This document shows positions 24,151 to 38,870 of a DNA stretch of 64,000 bases, piece by piece (within the stretch, counting starts at the first letter, position 1; every line of letters begins with the position of its first letter). The translations under genes were made by a program, and so were the position numbers. The DNA is from the human T2T-CHM13v2.0 reference genome, Homo sapiens. Below the pieces are notes generated by a model. It saw only the letters and a list, made by a program, of their open reading frames with translations, had not been told where the DNA came from and ran no database searches. The DNA lies in NCBI GenBank assembly GCA_009914755.4, contig CP068257.2, positions 24,768,001 through 24,832,000 of the forward strand, read 5' to 3'.

Positions 24151-24516
24151 AACTATTTTGAAACACTATTTTATTCTGTTATTCTAAAAATAACATGAGA
24201 ATAAATAAATAGTATGCTATCCAAATAAATTATAACTGAAACTGAACTCCAATCCTAAAAGAGATGGTTTGACCCAGCAAGTCAGTAAATCACAACAAAT
24301 TAATGTCAGCACATCAAGGAGGCCATTTGAAGGTATCGTTTTGCCTATTTAATGAGATCTAAATATTTGAAAATGTTGACATATGCTCCAGTTCTGTGAA
24401 GCTCCTTCGTTTTGTTTTATCTTCTCTCATTCCTGTGCTTTACCAAAATCCCTCATGCCCAGGTGCTGAAAGTGACACATTAGGTATTTATTATACAATG
24501 TGGAGCTTATCCTTAG

Positions 24517-24843
<327 letters not shown>

Positions 24844-25348
24844 AATAATGACTCTTATACCCAAAAGTTGCTGTAAAAATTTTTTTAACAGGTGGCACAA
24901 GACCTTGGCATTACTTAAATCATTAATTTTATGTTCTCTAACATACTGTGCTCATTATAATCATGTAATTCTAAAACTTATTCCCTGTATATATGTACAC
25001 GTGTGACTTTTTCTGTGCTCTTTCAAATCATTTGGGATGTTTTTGCCCTGTTGTCTAGAGGGCCTTACATGGATTTACATTTCTTCTATAAAGAATTCAT
25101 AACAGTCCCAGTTGACAGTGACTATTCACTTGGTCTACTGCACCAAGCACTGTAAAGAACACATAATGGGCCCACTCTGAATGTTTGTTGAAAGAGTAAA
25201 AGAAATCAGCAACCACAGCAGTGTGCTATAATTTAGATTTGGTAATGTTTTTCTTCCTAACTCTAAGTTCTGCAAGAACAATGGTTTTATTATCTACAGC
25301 AGAAAGACCTTTTACATGAAAAGCTAATCTTTAGGATGCAAAAGATAG

Positions 25349-25652
25349 GATCATTCTAATTTTTTTTTTTTTTTTTGAGATGGAGTCTTGCTCTGTCACC
25401 CAGGCTGGAGTGCAGTGGCGTAATCTTGGCTCACCTCTGCCTCCCAGGTTCAAGTAATTCTACTGCCTCAGCCTCCCGAGTAGCTGGGATTACAGCCATG
25501 CGCCATCACTCCCAGCTAATTTTTGTATTTTTAGTAGAGACAGAGTTCCACCAAGTCAGCCAGGCTGGTCTCGAACTCCTGACCTCAAGTGATCCGCCTG
25601 CCTCAGTCTCCTGAAGTGTTGGGATTACAGGCATGAGCCACGGCGCCCGGCC
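25349..25652 (-). mobile_element. AluS in reverse orientation
   Basis: Reads tttttttttttttttttgagatggagtcttgctctgtcacccaggctggagtgcagtggcgtaatcttggctcacctctgcctcccaggttcaagtaattct...gggattacaggcatgagccacggcgcccggcc. Confidence 0.93.
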
Positions 25653-26478
25653 AATGTTTTTTTAATGGGCTTCCATTTAAGAAAATCTCACCTGGCGAAA
25701 GTTACAAATAGTCCACTCTGATTCAAGAGGAGGATGCATGGTGAAAAGTGTTAAGATGTTGTCTCCTGTCTCCTGGAGGTGTGATCTAGGGTCAGTGTCT
25801 GTAGATGTGGTGTTAGTCTGTAAACAACAGAGGACAGTTAGAGGGCTTTAAACAGAGACAGCTGATTGGAGTTGGAAGCTGGACTGGATGAATGCAGGAC
25901 TGAAAGAAGGAACCAGTTAAAAGAATATTGTAAGAGTTTTGCGTATTTTTATCTAGAAGAGGGAATTGAGAATAAAAGAGAGAGAGGCCAGAATGAAAAT
26001 ATATCTAAAGATAAGTTTAGTGAGCAGTTGGTTGTAGGGGATGGGGGAGAGAGGATTCCAAGACAATTTAGAATTTCAAATCATATTCTTGCTAGTATTC
26101 CCAGTTCTTCTCCATCTCACTTTCCTCTGTCCCCTTTCCTTTTCGTAAGTGTAAAGAAAGCCATAAGGCCAGAACAGTGACTTCAGGATTTGTCTCCATT
26201 AGAAGGAGACTTCGACAAATAATAGACACTGTAACTGTATTATGCAGACATTTAAAATAAGGTATATTTATAATGTTTCAGTGTAGAATCAAGTGAGTTT
26301 AAATTCTATACACAAGGTCAAGTAGACTTACTGGTGGAAAATCAGGTAAATATCACAATTTTGGAGGAAGGATAAAGTAAAATGTACAGTGTGAGAGGGA
26401 TATGAAGAGGAACAAAGGGAAAAGGCTGTTGTAATGTCTTAGTGGATTGAGCCAGTTATGCTAATCTTCTGCTGATGA

Positions 26479-26850
<372 letters not shown>

Positions 26851-27255
26851 AATAAGCAGCATTTCTGATGAGCTTGATGGTCCAAATATTTTTTGGCTTC
26901 TCTGTACTTTGTCATATTTTACTAGGATTGAAAAAGATGTTCAATCTGGAAGTAGCATATTTCTGTAGGTTTAGGTAGAGAAATAAGGAAAAAATGAAAT
27001 TAAATAAAAAAGCTTTCTCCTATTATCCTTATGTAGTCATAATGGTAGTGTACATTTCTAGCACTTTATACTCCTCACATTTTACTTTTTTATTTTATAT
27101 TTGTGATAAGACTGAAAGGCAACATTATTACCCTCATTTGCAGATAAAAAAATTAAGCCTGAACATTTACATAATGTCTAAGATTTTATAATTTATGAGT
27201 GGCTTATCTGTATCTTGACTTTTGGTTTTTTAACTCTTTGTTCAATCTTATTCCA

Positions 27256-27288
27256 GTGTGTGTGTGTGTGTGTGTATGTGTTTGTGTT
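27256..27288. repeat. (TG)n microsatellite, imperfect
   Basis: gtgtgtgtgtgtgtgtgtatgtgtttgtg. Confidence 0.9.
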
Positions 27289-27699
27289 TCGGGGAGGGCG
27301 AGGTGGTGGGGATCATTGGAGGATTTATAGAAATAGCATCCTTTGCTAAGCCAGTTGCCTCTCCTGTACTCCATCTTACACATCTGGAATTTAATGGCAG
27401 CAGTGAGCATTATTATTGAAAGTGAGTTTAGCCAAATTTGATAACCCTCAGACCCTGCAGAAATTTTTAGTAGGTTCCTCCATTGTTCCTTATTGGACAA
27501 GTCTTGGATGTGTATGAGTTTACTACTTAAATGTCTGGTTGGTCTCTGGGGTAATTTCACATACCTCATTCTTCTGGCACTTGGCAGTGAAATGCTGGAA
27601 CAAGAACTTAGCAATGTGTGCCTTTTGTCAGAATTTTTAAGAATGAGGTCATAATGGAAAAGCAAACCCACTAGTTCCCCTTTCCATGGTTTCCTGCCT

Positions 27700-28390
27700 C
27701 AGCACTGGTGCATCAACTTCATGACACCTGTTTAGGTCCCAGTGTGACTGTGTCTTGTCCAGACAGAGCTCAGCTTTTGCCCTCACTCAGCAGACTGCCA
27801 CCCTGACATGGATGGTTCCCTTTGTCTCTCCCTTCTGCTCTGCTGTCCTGTTCCACAGGAGGTGCCAATCCTGTCTCTTCAGCAGTTTCTAGCTCCAGCA
27901 GCTCTTAGCTGTTTGCCCCATGACTGCTCTCCTCTTTGTTGCTGCTACTTAATTTGCCTCTCTTCCTGTCCTCTGTTCTACTCCAAACTTCCCAATCTGC
28001 ATGACATTCGCTATCCAGCATGTGGTGAGCATGGGTCTTTATGCTCTTTTTAATTTAAGAATTGCCCAATTTTGGAAACACTTGAATCCTATCCTCTGAT
28101 ACTGCCCTTGGGGAAACAGCCACTGGACAATACTTGCTATCAGACTTTTCCTCTCCTCCCCACATTTGACTATCCCTTTTGTGAGGTCCATGTCCATGTC
28201 TTGGCTTAGAATGAGGATCTTACTTTCCTAAAGGCTGCAGCATGGCTACTTTTAACCTTCTGCCAGGAAAGGAGGATCTTAGCTCCTCATAGAGCTTGTG
28301 TTTATTATTCCCGGTGCTTGGCACTAAGGATTGCAGAGCTCCAATAGAAAGTGTGAATTCAATTCAAACAATATTCTTGGTTTATCTATT
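27700..28390 (+). mobile_element. L2 3' end / MIR-like ancient repeat, sense
   Basis: Ends ...cttgtgtttattattcccggtgcttggcactaaggattgcagagctccaatagaaagtgtgaattcaattcaaac, like the L2/MIR tail (acagtgcctggcacatagtaggtgctcaataaatgtttgttgaatgaatgaa). Confidence 0.4.
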
Positions 28391-29929
28391 GACTGACAGC
28401 TGTCAGGAGATCCAATCCTTACCCCATAGCCTCTGAAGACATCATGTGAGGCTGAAGATCCTGGTTTATTCTGTGAGTGCTTTTTTCGTGTTAAAATTAT
28501 ATAGTCCATGTATGTTAAAAAAGATTGCGTGAAATTCTACTTTGGTCATTAAGTATTTGAAGATAGTCAGAAGTGTTAGCAATCTCATTCTCTTTCTGAC
28601 TTAATCCTTTCTCTAGCCACACTGTGGCACAGCTGATACCAATGTGAGGAGAGAAACCGAGCTACTGCATTAGCACCACTTGTTCCACAACAGGTTTCAA
28701 TAATAAATCAAAGCTAAGGGAATCGAAGATGAGAAATGCCATGTTTAGGATGATAGGGTCATATCCCAATGTTAGTGAGCATGGCCATAGTTTGGGCTGG
28801 AACTTCATACCTCGTGCTGGAACCTCCAATAACAAGCTAGTGGGAGAATTGGGAAGCCAAGATTGAGAGGAACCAGGGATGGTGGCGAGGGTGGCTGTTA
28901 GCACAAATTATGGTGCTCAGAGGTATTTGGCCATCTCAGCATGATCTAGGCTGGCCTAGATTCCCCGTCAGGAGTGGGTGGAGGGTTTGCAACAGGGAGA
29001 GAGAGCCCAGCCTGAGGGATGTTTCATAGAAGTTGAGAGAGTAGTAGAACTCACTATCAGGTGGGAAGCTCAACTGGTTCAAAGGGAATTTTGACCCTCA
29101 TCAAGGAATACAAACATAGGTTACAACCCCCATCTGAGAATAGGGGAAATGTTTGTCAAGTTGTCAAGGCCATTGTTAAGAGGTCAGAGGGTTATAGCAG
29201 GATTTCAGGCCCAGTATAGGAATAAATTCTCAGTGAGGAAGCAGCTGGCCAAGGCTCTCCAGGCCCATTAGAAGGCAGCTGTTACAGTTCCTTATAGAAA
29301 GTCTATCTTGGTTGAAATTGAATCAGTAACTGGGTGGAACTGAATTTTTTCATTGAAGGAACTAATAACTGCAGGAGAAGGAGATATGAAAGGAGTGACT
29401 GGTATAATATTGTGGTGGGAAGGGTGATCAGCTCCCTTGGTTTGAGTGGACTGAGGGGGTTCCTGGGACAAAGGACTTAGAATTTTAAAACTGGGACAGT
29501 CCTGGGCAAACCACAATATGATGGTCAGCCTGTGAGGAAAGGTATTTGATAGTCTTGGTCAAATGGCTGGGCAAGTGTTGCTTAAGGTTAAAGAAGAAAA
29601 ACAAACAAAAACTGTTCATGTTGGTAAAAATGTGAAATGTAGAGTTGGTAGTAATCTGAGTGGGAAATGAATATTCACTTCCTACTGTACAGATACATAT
29701 TCAATTATAGAATCTTAAAATTTCTGAATTGAGAAGAAAGTTGGATATTATTTAATCTCTCATTGTGTGAATGATAAGGTTGAGAGTCAGGGAGATTCAA
29801 TAAATACTGAAGTTGGATTAGCTAATTACAGGCATACATTTTCTGACTCCAAATTCTTTGCTTGCCCTCATGGATTTTTTTGTGTAACACCTGAAGATTC
29901 TTCCTCATTCCTCTTACCACGCATAGGCT

Positions 29930-29931
<2 letters not shown>

Positions 29932-29963
<32 letters not shown>

Positions 29964-30573
29964 CTTTAAGTTCTAAGGTACATGTGCACAACGTGCAGGT
30001 TTGTTACATATGTATACATGTGCCATGTTGGTATGCTGCACCCATTAACTGGTCATTTACATTAGGTATTTCTCTTAATGCTATCCCTCCCCCCACCTCA
30101 TGACAGGCCCTGGTGTGTGATATTCCCTGCCCTGTGTCCAAGTGTTCTCATTGTTCAATTCCCACCTATGAGTGGGAATATCTGGTGTTTGGTTTTCTGA
30201 CCTTGCGATAGTTTGCTCAGAATGATGGTTTCCAGCTTCATCCATGTCCTACAAAGGATATTAACTCATCCTTTTTTATGGCTGCATAGTATACATGGTG
30301 TATATGTGCCACATTTTCTTAATCCGATCTATCATTGATGGACATTTGGGTTGGTTCCAAGTCTTTGCTATTGTGAATAGTGCCTCAATAAACATACAAG
30401 TGGATGTGTCTTTATAGTAGCATAATTTATAATCTTTGGATATATACCCAGTAATGGGATCGCTGGGTCAAATGGTATTTCTAGTTCTAGATCCTTGAGG
30501 AATCACCACAGTGTCTTCCACAATGGTTGAACTAGTTTACACTCACACCAACAGTGTAAAAGTGTTCCTATTT
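29932..30573 (-). mobile_element. L1PA-type LINE-1 3' end (5'-truncated, about 640 bp) in reverse orientation with a 29-nt poly-T (poly-A tail on minus)
   Basis: After T29 reads atactttaagttctaaggtacatgtgcacaacgtgcaggtttgttacatatgtatacatgtgccatgttggtatgctgcacccattaactggtcatttacattaggtatttctcttaatgctatccctcccc...ccaacagtgtaaaagtgttcctatt. This is the reverse complement of the primate L1 3'UTR/ORF2 end. Confidence 0.92.
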
Positions 30574-30739
30574 ATATATTATTAGTTCTTTTCTCAGAGT
30601 CAGTAAGCCTTCTTCAAAGATTATAGTAAAATCTACAATAGAACTATAAGGATAGCAAATGGTAATGCTTCTACAACTATTACTGTTACTATTACCAGTA
30701 ATAACATTGTCAAAATCTTGCCAATGTACCATAATGTAG

Positions 30740-31151
<412 letters not shown>

Positions 31152-34100
31152 AAAAGTTTAATAATTGTAAAAAGAAAGCTCTCTGCTATGGAGAGGGGAG
31201 CTGGAAGACGGTTGCCATTTTTACAGTTGAATACAAAGGCTTTTATAAGAAACCGATGAGGGCTGAGCAACTTATTTGCATAAGGCACAAATTTCTGGTA
31301 GCTCCACCCCATCCTCCTAGTGCATGTGTGTGTCCTTAGCTTGGGTTACTCCATATTGCTTTGTATCCCTCACAGCACATGTGTTAAGAGACAGAATTTT
31401 CCATTGCAGGCATGTCTGGGCAAGCCACCTGGGTAGCTTTTCTTATCTGTGCAGCTGTGGGCATGTCTTAGGCAAGGCCCCCTGTGCAAATTCCCTTATC
31501 TGTGCCAGAAGTCTGTTATTTTGTTTTAAAGAGTTCAACCGAGGACCCACCCTAACTGCCTGCCTGATCATTTTTCTCCTTTCTCCTCTCTCAGCATCAC
31601 TGCCATTACCACCATTACTGTAGTATGAGGGGAATATCAGAAAATGTTTGTTTCATCCCCATTTCTGAGGCGGGTTGAAATAAAGAACACCATGAATTCA
31701 AGGAGTCTAGCAGTACTTCTTGGCTATTGGATCTCTCTTCATCATTTCTACTGTAAATCTTTGAGATGGATACTTAGCTCTGGAGTCAGTGAATTTACTC
31801 TTTCCTACATGTTGTCATTTTGATTACTGGCTGGGCTATAAATCATACTCAGACCATGCATCCCTGAAGTAGGAAAAGAAGTAAAATACTGCATAGTGAC
31901 CAAACTTCAACCCCAAAAACTGTTACAAGAGAATTCCATATCTACAGAGTGAGTAAAAATGACAAATAAGTAAGTCTTTAAGCTTCAAAGTTTAAAGGAA
32001 CAGATCAATTTCAAGTGGAGGGCTAGCTTGTCATTTCTCATTCTGTGTATTGTCAGGTCCATGATGTCTAGCATACCCAGAGTAGCTCCTTGGGGATTGT
32101 CTGCTGCTGAGAGTCACAAATAGAAGAAGGATGTTTCGAACAAGTCCATGAATAAGATGTATTCATGCTTTGAAGGTGCTTCTGGAGAGTACTAGAAAAA
32201 AAAAACCAATCCAGATTCTTCACTCTTTCAAATTAATGCTAGAAGACCATCCCTGAAATAGCTCCTTGGTATGTCATCTGGCCCCTTCAAGATTGGTTTG
32301 AGAATAATCTTGATCCGGACTACAAATTGAAAATATAAATTCATATTTTGGCTCTTGAACTTATACAATTACCAAGTGGCAGCTTACATAATTAAATGTT
32401 ATCAGCAATGATTTTGGGAACGGGCTGATTTTTTTGCCCAACACAAGGCCTTGACTATTTTGGAATTGAATAAATATAATTTTTTGGAAAAAACTCCTAT
32501 TGTTCCCAGGAGAGCAATGGATTTTTGGAATGGTGAAGAAGGGTGAGAGTTGTTACCAGGGGCCAGAAACTACATATCTGAGACTAAAAGTATATTCTCA
32601 CCTGCTAGAATCAGGTCATAGGAAGGTAAATTAACATTTCAAAATTCAATGGTTTATTTCTAGGATTCCAGGGAATATTTTTGTCAACCACCCCTGAAGC
32701 TTACTTTAGTATGGCAGATCTTCAGGTAGTGCTAAAATGTCCCTCTACGAGCAGTAGATAATCCCTATGAGGAATTTTCTCTTTTTTAATTTGGATAATG
32801 TCACCTGGATCATGCTCTTATATAAGCACCAAATCAATGTTATATAAGTGGTAACAACCAAGAGTTTCAAGCTTCAATAAATATAAGGTTTATTAAATGC
32901 AAACTAAGTGAAGTTCATTGCTTTTGCTACTTAATAATTGCTTAGCCTAAAATAGTCACCATTTTTTTTTCTGGTATAAAAGACCTTTCACATACTTGCT
33001 GAACACAATTAAAAATTAGCTTCATGAAAAACTCAAATTGAGATGGTTAATAAATCCATTATTGGGTACTGGGAGATTGCTTTTTCAGATGGAGTTAAGA
33101 GTTTTTCTCTATGATATATTGTTTTCAATAAAGAATCAGCTCCTACACTAACTATTCCAATATCCATTATGAATGAAAACATAATAAAACATATCTTGTC
33201 AGATTAAGAAGCTCCTGAATCAACCTTCGGAAGACAAAGTAGGGCTTCTGCATAAACTGGTTATATTACATAGGGTAATGCCAGCAGGCAATCTTAATTA
33301 TGCTTTCTTCTAGCACGTGATGATATATCCTGCAAAATATTGTGGGCAAACACTTGTGAGAGGAACCAACAGTGCAATTTTTAGGGTAGGTGCATTGCAT
33401 AGTGGTTCTTTGCTTTTCTGTTAGGCTTAAAAACACCTAGTTTTGTCATTTTCTTCAATTTAATCCAACTCATATTAGATTTTGTAATTTTATCAAGACT
33501 AAATTCCTATCTAATCAGTAAAACATAGAAAGTAAAAAAAAAAAAAAAACGTATCCTGTAGTTTGGTCTTGTGCAAATAAACCACCTTCTTTTTGTGGGC
33601 ACAATGGAAGTTGAAAATCTTTATGTATTTTCTTGTACTGTCACACCATGTGAGTCAGGCAGATCAAATCCACCTTCTAGTCTCAGTTTTCCCATGTGTA
33701 AAATGGAAAAAATGCAGTTAATACTACTTTTAGAAGGATGCTGCAAAAAAAAGCAATAAAATTCTGTAATGTAATATAAAATATTACAGCCATGTTTTAA
33801 GTACAAAAAGATTCTTGAAAGTTTTCATTGTAAGTCTAGATTATGTGAGTAGAAAATTAAATTCACTAAGTGAACTGGTTATTTGAAATTTCATTGATTA
33901 GTCTTCCTATAAAAAAGACTTTCATATCTCATGCTTGCTTAAAACATAGCAGAGACCATCAGAAAATGAAGCCATTGTATTTAGAATAGAATTAATGTGA
34001 GGATACAGTTTCCACATTTTTCCCTTCAAGTTGTTCTGCATCTTGAATGAACACAGTTCTCCAATTAAACATGAGGCTGGAGATTGAGAAGAGACTTTCC

Positions 34101-34805
34101 CCTTAAGTTAGTAAGTTTCCAGTTCTTAGTCAAGTCCAAGCTCTGCACTTGGAGTTAATCATTTTGATTGGTGACCTAGTCTTGGCAGAGGTGTGTTTTG
34201 TCTTTTACCACAGATAGCTCAACTATCCTGACTCACAGAGAGCTTACTAGAATACATCATGTTATACCCTGTAGAATTCTAGAATACTGTAGTATTCATA
34301 ATCCTGGTGCGCTTTTATCACCATGTTTTCAGGAAAAATTTTAGACTGTGATTAAATGAACATGCTAACCCAAAACAAAAGCAAAACAAAACCCCCACTG
34401 TGGCATATACATGTGAGTGAGGGGAATGGGAATCGACCCTTGTTTATTATTGACTGTTGTACCTAAAACTATACGCTAATTCCTATGAGTGAACAGAATA
34501 TGGCATTGGTATCTCATGTAGTTACAAAGAGTTGATTTGATTCAAACTTGTTGATAGGCAGAATTATTGTTGTGGATTTGGTAATTAGACATAAATGGGA
34601 AGTCCTAAAGACCATGTTTACTTAAATCACAATGTGTATGCTCACTCTATGGTGAATGCAGAAGAGGACATTAGCAGGTGTGGGGGGCCGAATTTAAAAT
34701 GGTCCTGATGACCTTTGCTGCTGGCCTCACTCCCATGATTGTGGTACTTTGTGTGGAAAAATGGAGATTATCAGGGTTGGCCTAATCTAATCATGGGTCA
34801 TTGAA

Positions 34806-35225
34806 AACCAGAGATTTCTCTGGCCAGTTGCAAAAGGAAATATAAGAGGGATGTGAAGTGTAAGAAGGATTCAATATACTGTCTTTGAAGATGGAGGGGG
34901 CCAGGTGCAGAGACCAGAGAGCAACCTCTAAGAGCTGAGAGTGATCTCTGACAGCCAGCAAGGAAATGAGACCTCCACCCTGTGGCTGCCATAGAACTGG
35001 ATTCCTTCAACCACCGGAACAGGTGGATACTCCTTCAGAGCCTCCAAATAAGAGTCAAGCATGGTCAACATCTTGATTTCAGCCTTGTGATATCTGAAGC
35101 AGAGAACCTAACTGAGCCCACCTGGACTTCTGATCTATTGTTCTGTGAGCTAATAAGTGGATTATAGTGGTAAGCTGTTAAATTTGTGATAATTTGTTAC
35201 ACAACATAAAAACTAATACAATGGG
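34806..35225 (+). mobile_element. MaLR-type LTR (MLT1/MST-like), full 3' end
   Basis: Reads ...ccagagagcaacctctaagagctgagagtgatctctgacagccagcaaggaaatgagacctccaccctgtggctgccatagaactggattcc...cctggacttctgatctattgttctgtgagctaataagtggattatagtggtaagctgttaaatttgtgataatttgttacacaacataaaaactaataca. The ...gccactaagtttgtggtaatttgttacagcagcaatagaaaactaataca-type terminus is typical of MaLR LTRs. Confidence 0.65.
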
Positions 35226-36465
35226 AGTAGATCCAATTCTTTAAATGGGCAATACTGTGTTGAACAAACGACTTGACAGAAAACTAGGACTTTAAGAAAA
35301 TTTTAGAAAGTCATCATATTTCAGCTTTATGTCTCCTAGAAAAAAAATCAATTATTGGAATTTCCAGTCTGGACTGAATAGAGGCTTCTGAAAGTTTTGT
35401 GTCATTGCTTCAATAACAGCTCAGCAGGACTGACTTTGATTCCTGTTCATGGAATATACACGTGGAAGAATGAAAAATCTAGCAAGTTTTGGTGGCCCAG
35501 TTCTTCAAATTTTCCTATTCAGTCATCTTTAGAGACTGACATATGCTCTTCAGCTACCTCTTTGCTTGTAGGGGATTGTAACAACTGCTCTTATAAATTT
35601 CCTGTCTGTAAGTTGCTGAAATTCCACAAAAGGGAAAAAGAGATAAGCTCAAAATAAAAAATAATTCCAGGCAATACAAATCTTGCCAATAGCTGACTAA
35701 TTGTGAGTTTTGTAGCCAAAATTCAGTATGGCACTAGAAGCAGATGGGGCTATTTTAAAAAGAGGCCTACCAAAATCAAGGAATTCTTCCTCTGAAGTGA
35801 CCACAGAAATCTTCCTGGAATGTTCTTCTAGACCAAGCCTTCTGTGTAACATTTCACAGAAGAGCAAAATGCCTTTGTCTGTTAGTTTCGTAGTCTGATG
35901 TATGGCACACACTTTTCCACCACTTTTGAGCTATAATCAGTTTGAGGGCACCAGAAATAGCTTCTAACCAACAGTCTTATATTCCAACATTTTTGTCATA
36001 TACTGTCTAAAATGTAACCAGATAACATGATGATTGCTTTCTGAAATACTAATACTATTTCCTATATAAAAGGCATCTTTTATGGGCAGATAATCTATGA
36101 CAAGCTTACATTTTTTAGGTAATTTCTCAAAATGACAACCCTGCTATATCTGTTTTCTAAAAATCAAATTGTATGACTGGAATCAGCTTCAATATTTAGT
36201 TCTTATCATTAAGATGTTATAACATCAATGAAAGATAATTGCATTTCTTTTTAATTTTTACTTTAATTTTCAAATAGGCAATATATTCACATGGTTTAAA
36301 ATTTAAAAGTCATAAAAGAGTATTCATGGAAAATTCTCTCTTCAACCTTATCTTCCAGCCACCGAGGCTCATTTTCTGGAAAGCACAGTGCCACTTATTC
36401 CTTAGGTGTCCTTCCAGCCTTAGTCTATGCTACTTATACAGAAATCTACATGTCCATATAGATAG

Positions 36466-36756
36466 ATATACTCTGGCTGATGGCAGAAGGAAATGTAAGA
36501 GGGATGTGAAGTGTAAGAAAGATTCAATGTGCTGTCTTTGAAGACGGAGGGGGCCACATGCAGGGACCAGAGAGCAACTCCTAATTGCTGAGAGTGATCA
36601 CTGGCTGACAGCCAGCAAGGAAATGAGACTTCCACATTGTGGCCGCCATAGAACTGGATTCCTTCAACCACTGGAGCAAACAGATTCTCCTTCAAAGCCT
36701 CCAAATAAGAGTCAAGCACGGTCAGCATCTTGATTTCAACCTTGTGTGACCTGAAG
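36466..36756 (+). mobile_element. Second, 3'-truncated copy of the same MaLR-type LTR, about 88% identical to 34806-35100
   Basis: Reads ctctggctgatggcagaaggaaatgtaagagggatgtgaagtgtaagaaagattcaatgtgctgtctttgaagacggagggggccacatgcagggaccagagagcaactcctaattgctgagagtgatcactggctgacagccagcaaggaaatgagacttccacattgtggccgccatagaactggattcc...caaccttgtgtgacctgaag. It is collinear with 34806-35100. Confidence 0.65.
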
Positions 36757-37234
36757 GGGCCCCACTGATAAGCTTTGTGGAATGTGTCTTAGAGTTGCCT
36801 GTTTTGCCATGTGGTGTTAACTCCCTCATGCCTCCAGTGCTGCACACGTATCAGAATGGCTGGGCAGTTTCCACAGGTCTACCAGGCAGTAGCAGCGGGG
36901 AAGCCCTAGAGCAGGATTGATAGCTGAGTGGTGCATCTGAGGAAAGGTGCTGTGAGGCTACACCTGTGATAATAAGGTAGTTGTTGAGTGACAGTTGCAT
37001 TAAAAGACTTTTAGCCAAAAGAACACGAGAAAAGGCACAAGAGACATTCAACACATGGACCATTTTGGTATGAGTATGCATAGCACCATGAGCGTTAAAG
37101 AGGGGGTAGGAAACTGTTACTGATGCTGAAATTCTAGCACAGATTCAAATTTTCATACATTTCTGATTCTAGAAAGCGACTCATTTTGAAAATATTTACT
37201 CCATGGACTGACATTTCTTAGTAGTTGCTAGTAG

Positions 37235-37340
37235 GATTTTTTTTTATTGTCGTAAAATATGCATAACAAAAAATGTACCATTTTAATCGTTTTTAAGTAT
37301 GTGAATTCAGTAGTATTAAGTCTATTCACATTGTTGTGCA
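37235..37340 (-). mobile_element. L1M 3'-terminal fragment, antisense
   Basis: ttttattgtcgtaaaatatgcataacaaaaaatgtaccattttaatcgtttttaagtatgtgaattcagtagtattaagtctattcacattgttgtgcaa resembles the reverse complement of old-L1 3' ends (...ttaaccatttttaagtgtacagttcagtggcattaagtacattcacattgttgtgcaa). Confidence 0.45.
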
Positions 37341-38142
37341 AATTAACGGGCTTTGGTTGGAGAAAATTGTGGTAGAAATTTTCAAATTTTGGTCATGTTG
37401 AAAGTTGCTGGTTTATACTTTTTTTTTTACTTATGTCCTGATATATCAAAAAATGTATGACTGATTTCTTTTTGTAAACTTGCCTTCTGCTGATGCCTTG
37501 TCATGAAAACTAGTGATGATTATTACATCTGGAATTCTACACCTGTGGAAATGGCTAAAAAATTCTAGGAGCAAACATAATTTAAAATGGCCATTTTTTT
37601 AACTCATTATTTTGAGACGTGCCAATTTGTGAAGTATCTGGACATGCATTGTTGGTATTGTGAATAACTTGGACAAAACCAAATTGTGCAAAAGTCTTTC
37701 TCCTAAGCACGAAGAATGTTGGGTTGATCCACAACGGAGTTAGCCTTGGATAAGCTCGTCACAAAGTACTGTCCAACTTCAGATTGTACCACTGACAAAT
37801 TGATGACAATTAATAAGAATAGGATGGGTCTTTTGACATAATCCTTAGAAAAAAATATATCTTTGGACCTTTTACTCAGGTGTCTGCTCATGCAGACACC
37901 GTTTTTCTTTTTAAAATTCACTATTCCTTAAAATACACCCTGAAAAAATACCTAGTTTCCAATAGCTATTTCTAATGAATACTAAATACTAGAATACTGA
38001 ATTCTAGGACATTAAAACATTTCCTCTCAAGAAGCATTTGAGCCTTCCTCTTTTTAGTATAGATGGAAGCTTCTCTCTAATGGTGCCACATTGCACATTT
38101 GCAAACCTATGTTTCAGCAATGTCACATCTGTGATTGTTGGT

Positions 38143-38166
38143 ACACACACCACACACACACACACA
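38143..38166. repeat. (CA)n microsatellite
   Basis: acacacaccacacacacacacaca. Confidence 0.9.
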
Positions 38167-38639
38167 TTCAAATCGCTGAAGTGGATTCAAAGAACCAATG
38201 GCCTTTAGGTCAAGGTTTCTAAAGCATCTTGTCCCAGGAATTTTAAGCATCTTGTCTCAGGAATTTTACATGTGAAAAAATTTACTCATCTCACACGTTC
38301 ATGTTAGCAGTCTAATCTTCTAAGACCTCTGCAGGAAATAACTTACTACTATGTTTTGTGAACGTGAAGACTTTCTGAAAGAATCCATGCATGGCATTTT
38401 TGACTTTGCAAATAGAACATAATTCTTCAATGGCATGTCTGAACTAATCTGAGGATGTTAGCCTGAGGTTTCCTGTGTTTTATCAAGAGCAAAAAGAATA
38501 TAGTTCACATTATGACAAGCATAGATATTAGCAGTGTCCAAGTTATTTTTGTGTTGTGTCCTCTTGGATTAGAATATTTATTCTGGTCATTGAAATATCA
38601 ATAAATTCAGTCAAGAAAAATAATTAGAAGAATTTATTG

Positions 38640-38870
38640 TAACTGTATATATAATGCTTAAGGCAGTGTTTGTCAGCTTGACCCTATTGACATTTTGGGC
38701 CAGATTATTTTTTATTGTGGGAGCTGTCGGATCTTTAGCAGGATTCTCATGTCTACCGGCTAGACGCTGATATTTTCTCCCCAAGTTGAGACAACCAGAA
38801 ATGCCCCCTGGACATCGCCAAACATCCTTTGGAAAGCAAAACACACACATTTTAGAATCACTAGCTTAAA
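38640..38870. mobile_element. Ancient non-autonomous DNA-transposon-like repeat (family not named with confidence)
   Basis: ggcagtgtttgtcagcttgaccctattgacattttgggccagattattttttattgtgggagctgtc...ccaagttgagacaaccagaaatgccccctggacatcgccaaacatcc resembles, in reverse complement, the common mammalian MITE consensus ...ggggacatttggcaatgtctggagacatttttggttgtcacaactgg.... Confidence 0.4.

Noticed and set aside
27204-27671. 155-aa ORF on the minus strand
   Set aside because: It reads through the (TG)n microsatellite at 27256-27288, giving a THTHTHTHT stretch, and the rest is unconserved-looking. It is a chance ORF.
38213-38258. Two tandem copies of a 23-bp unit (aagcatcttgtc[c/t]caggaatttt)
   Set aside because: It is real but tiny. 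It is an ordinary slippage duplication of no obvious significance.
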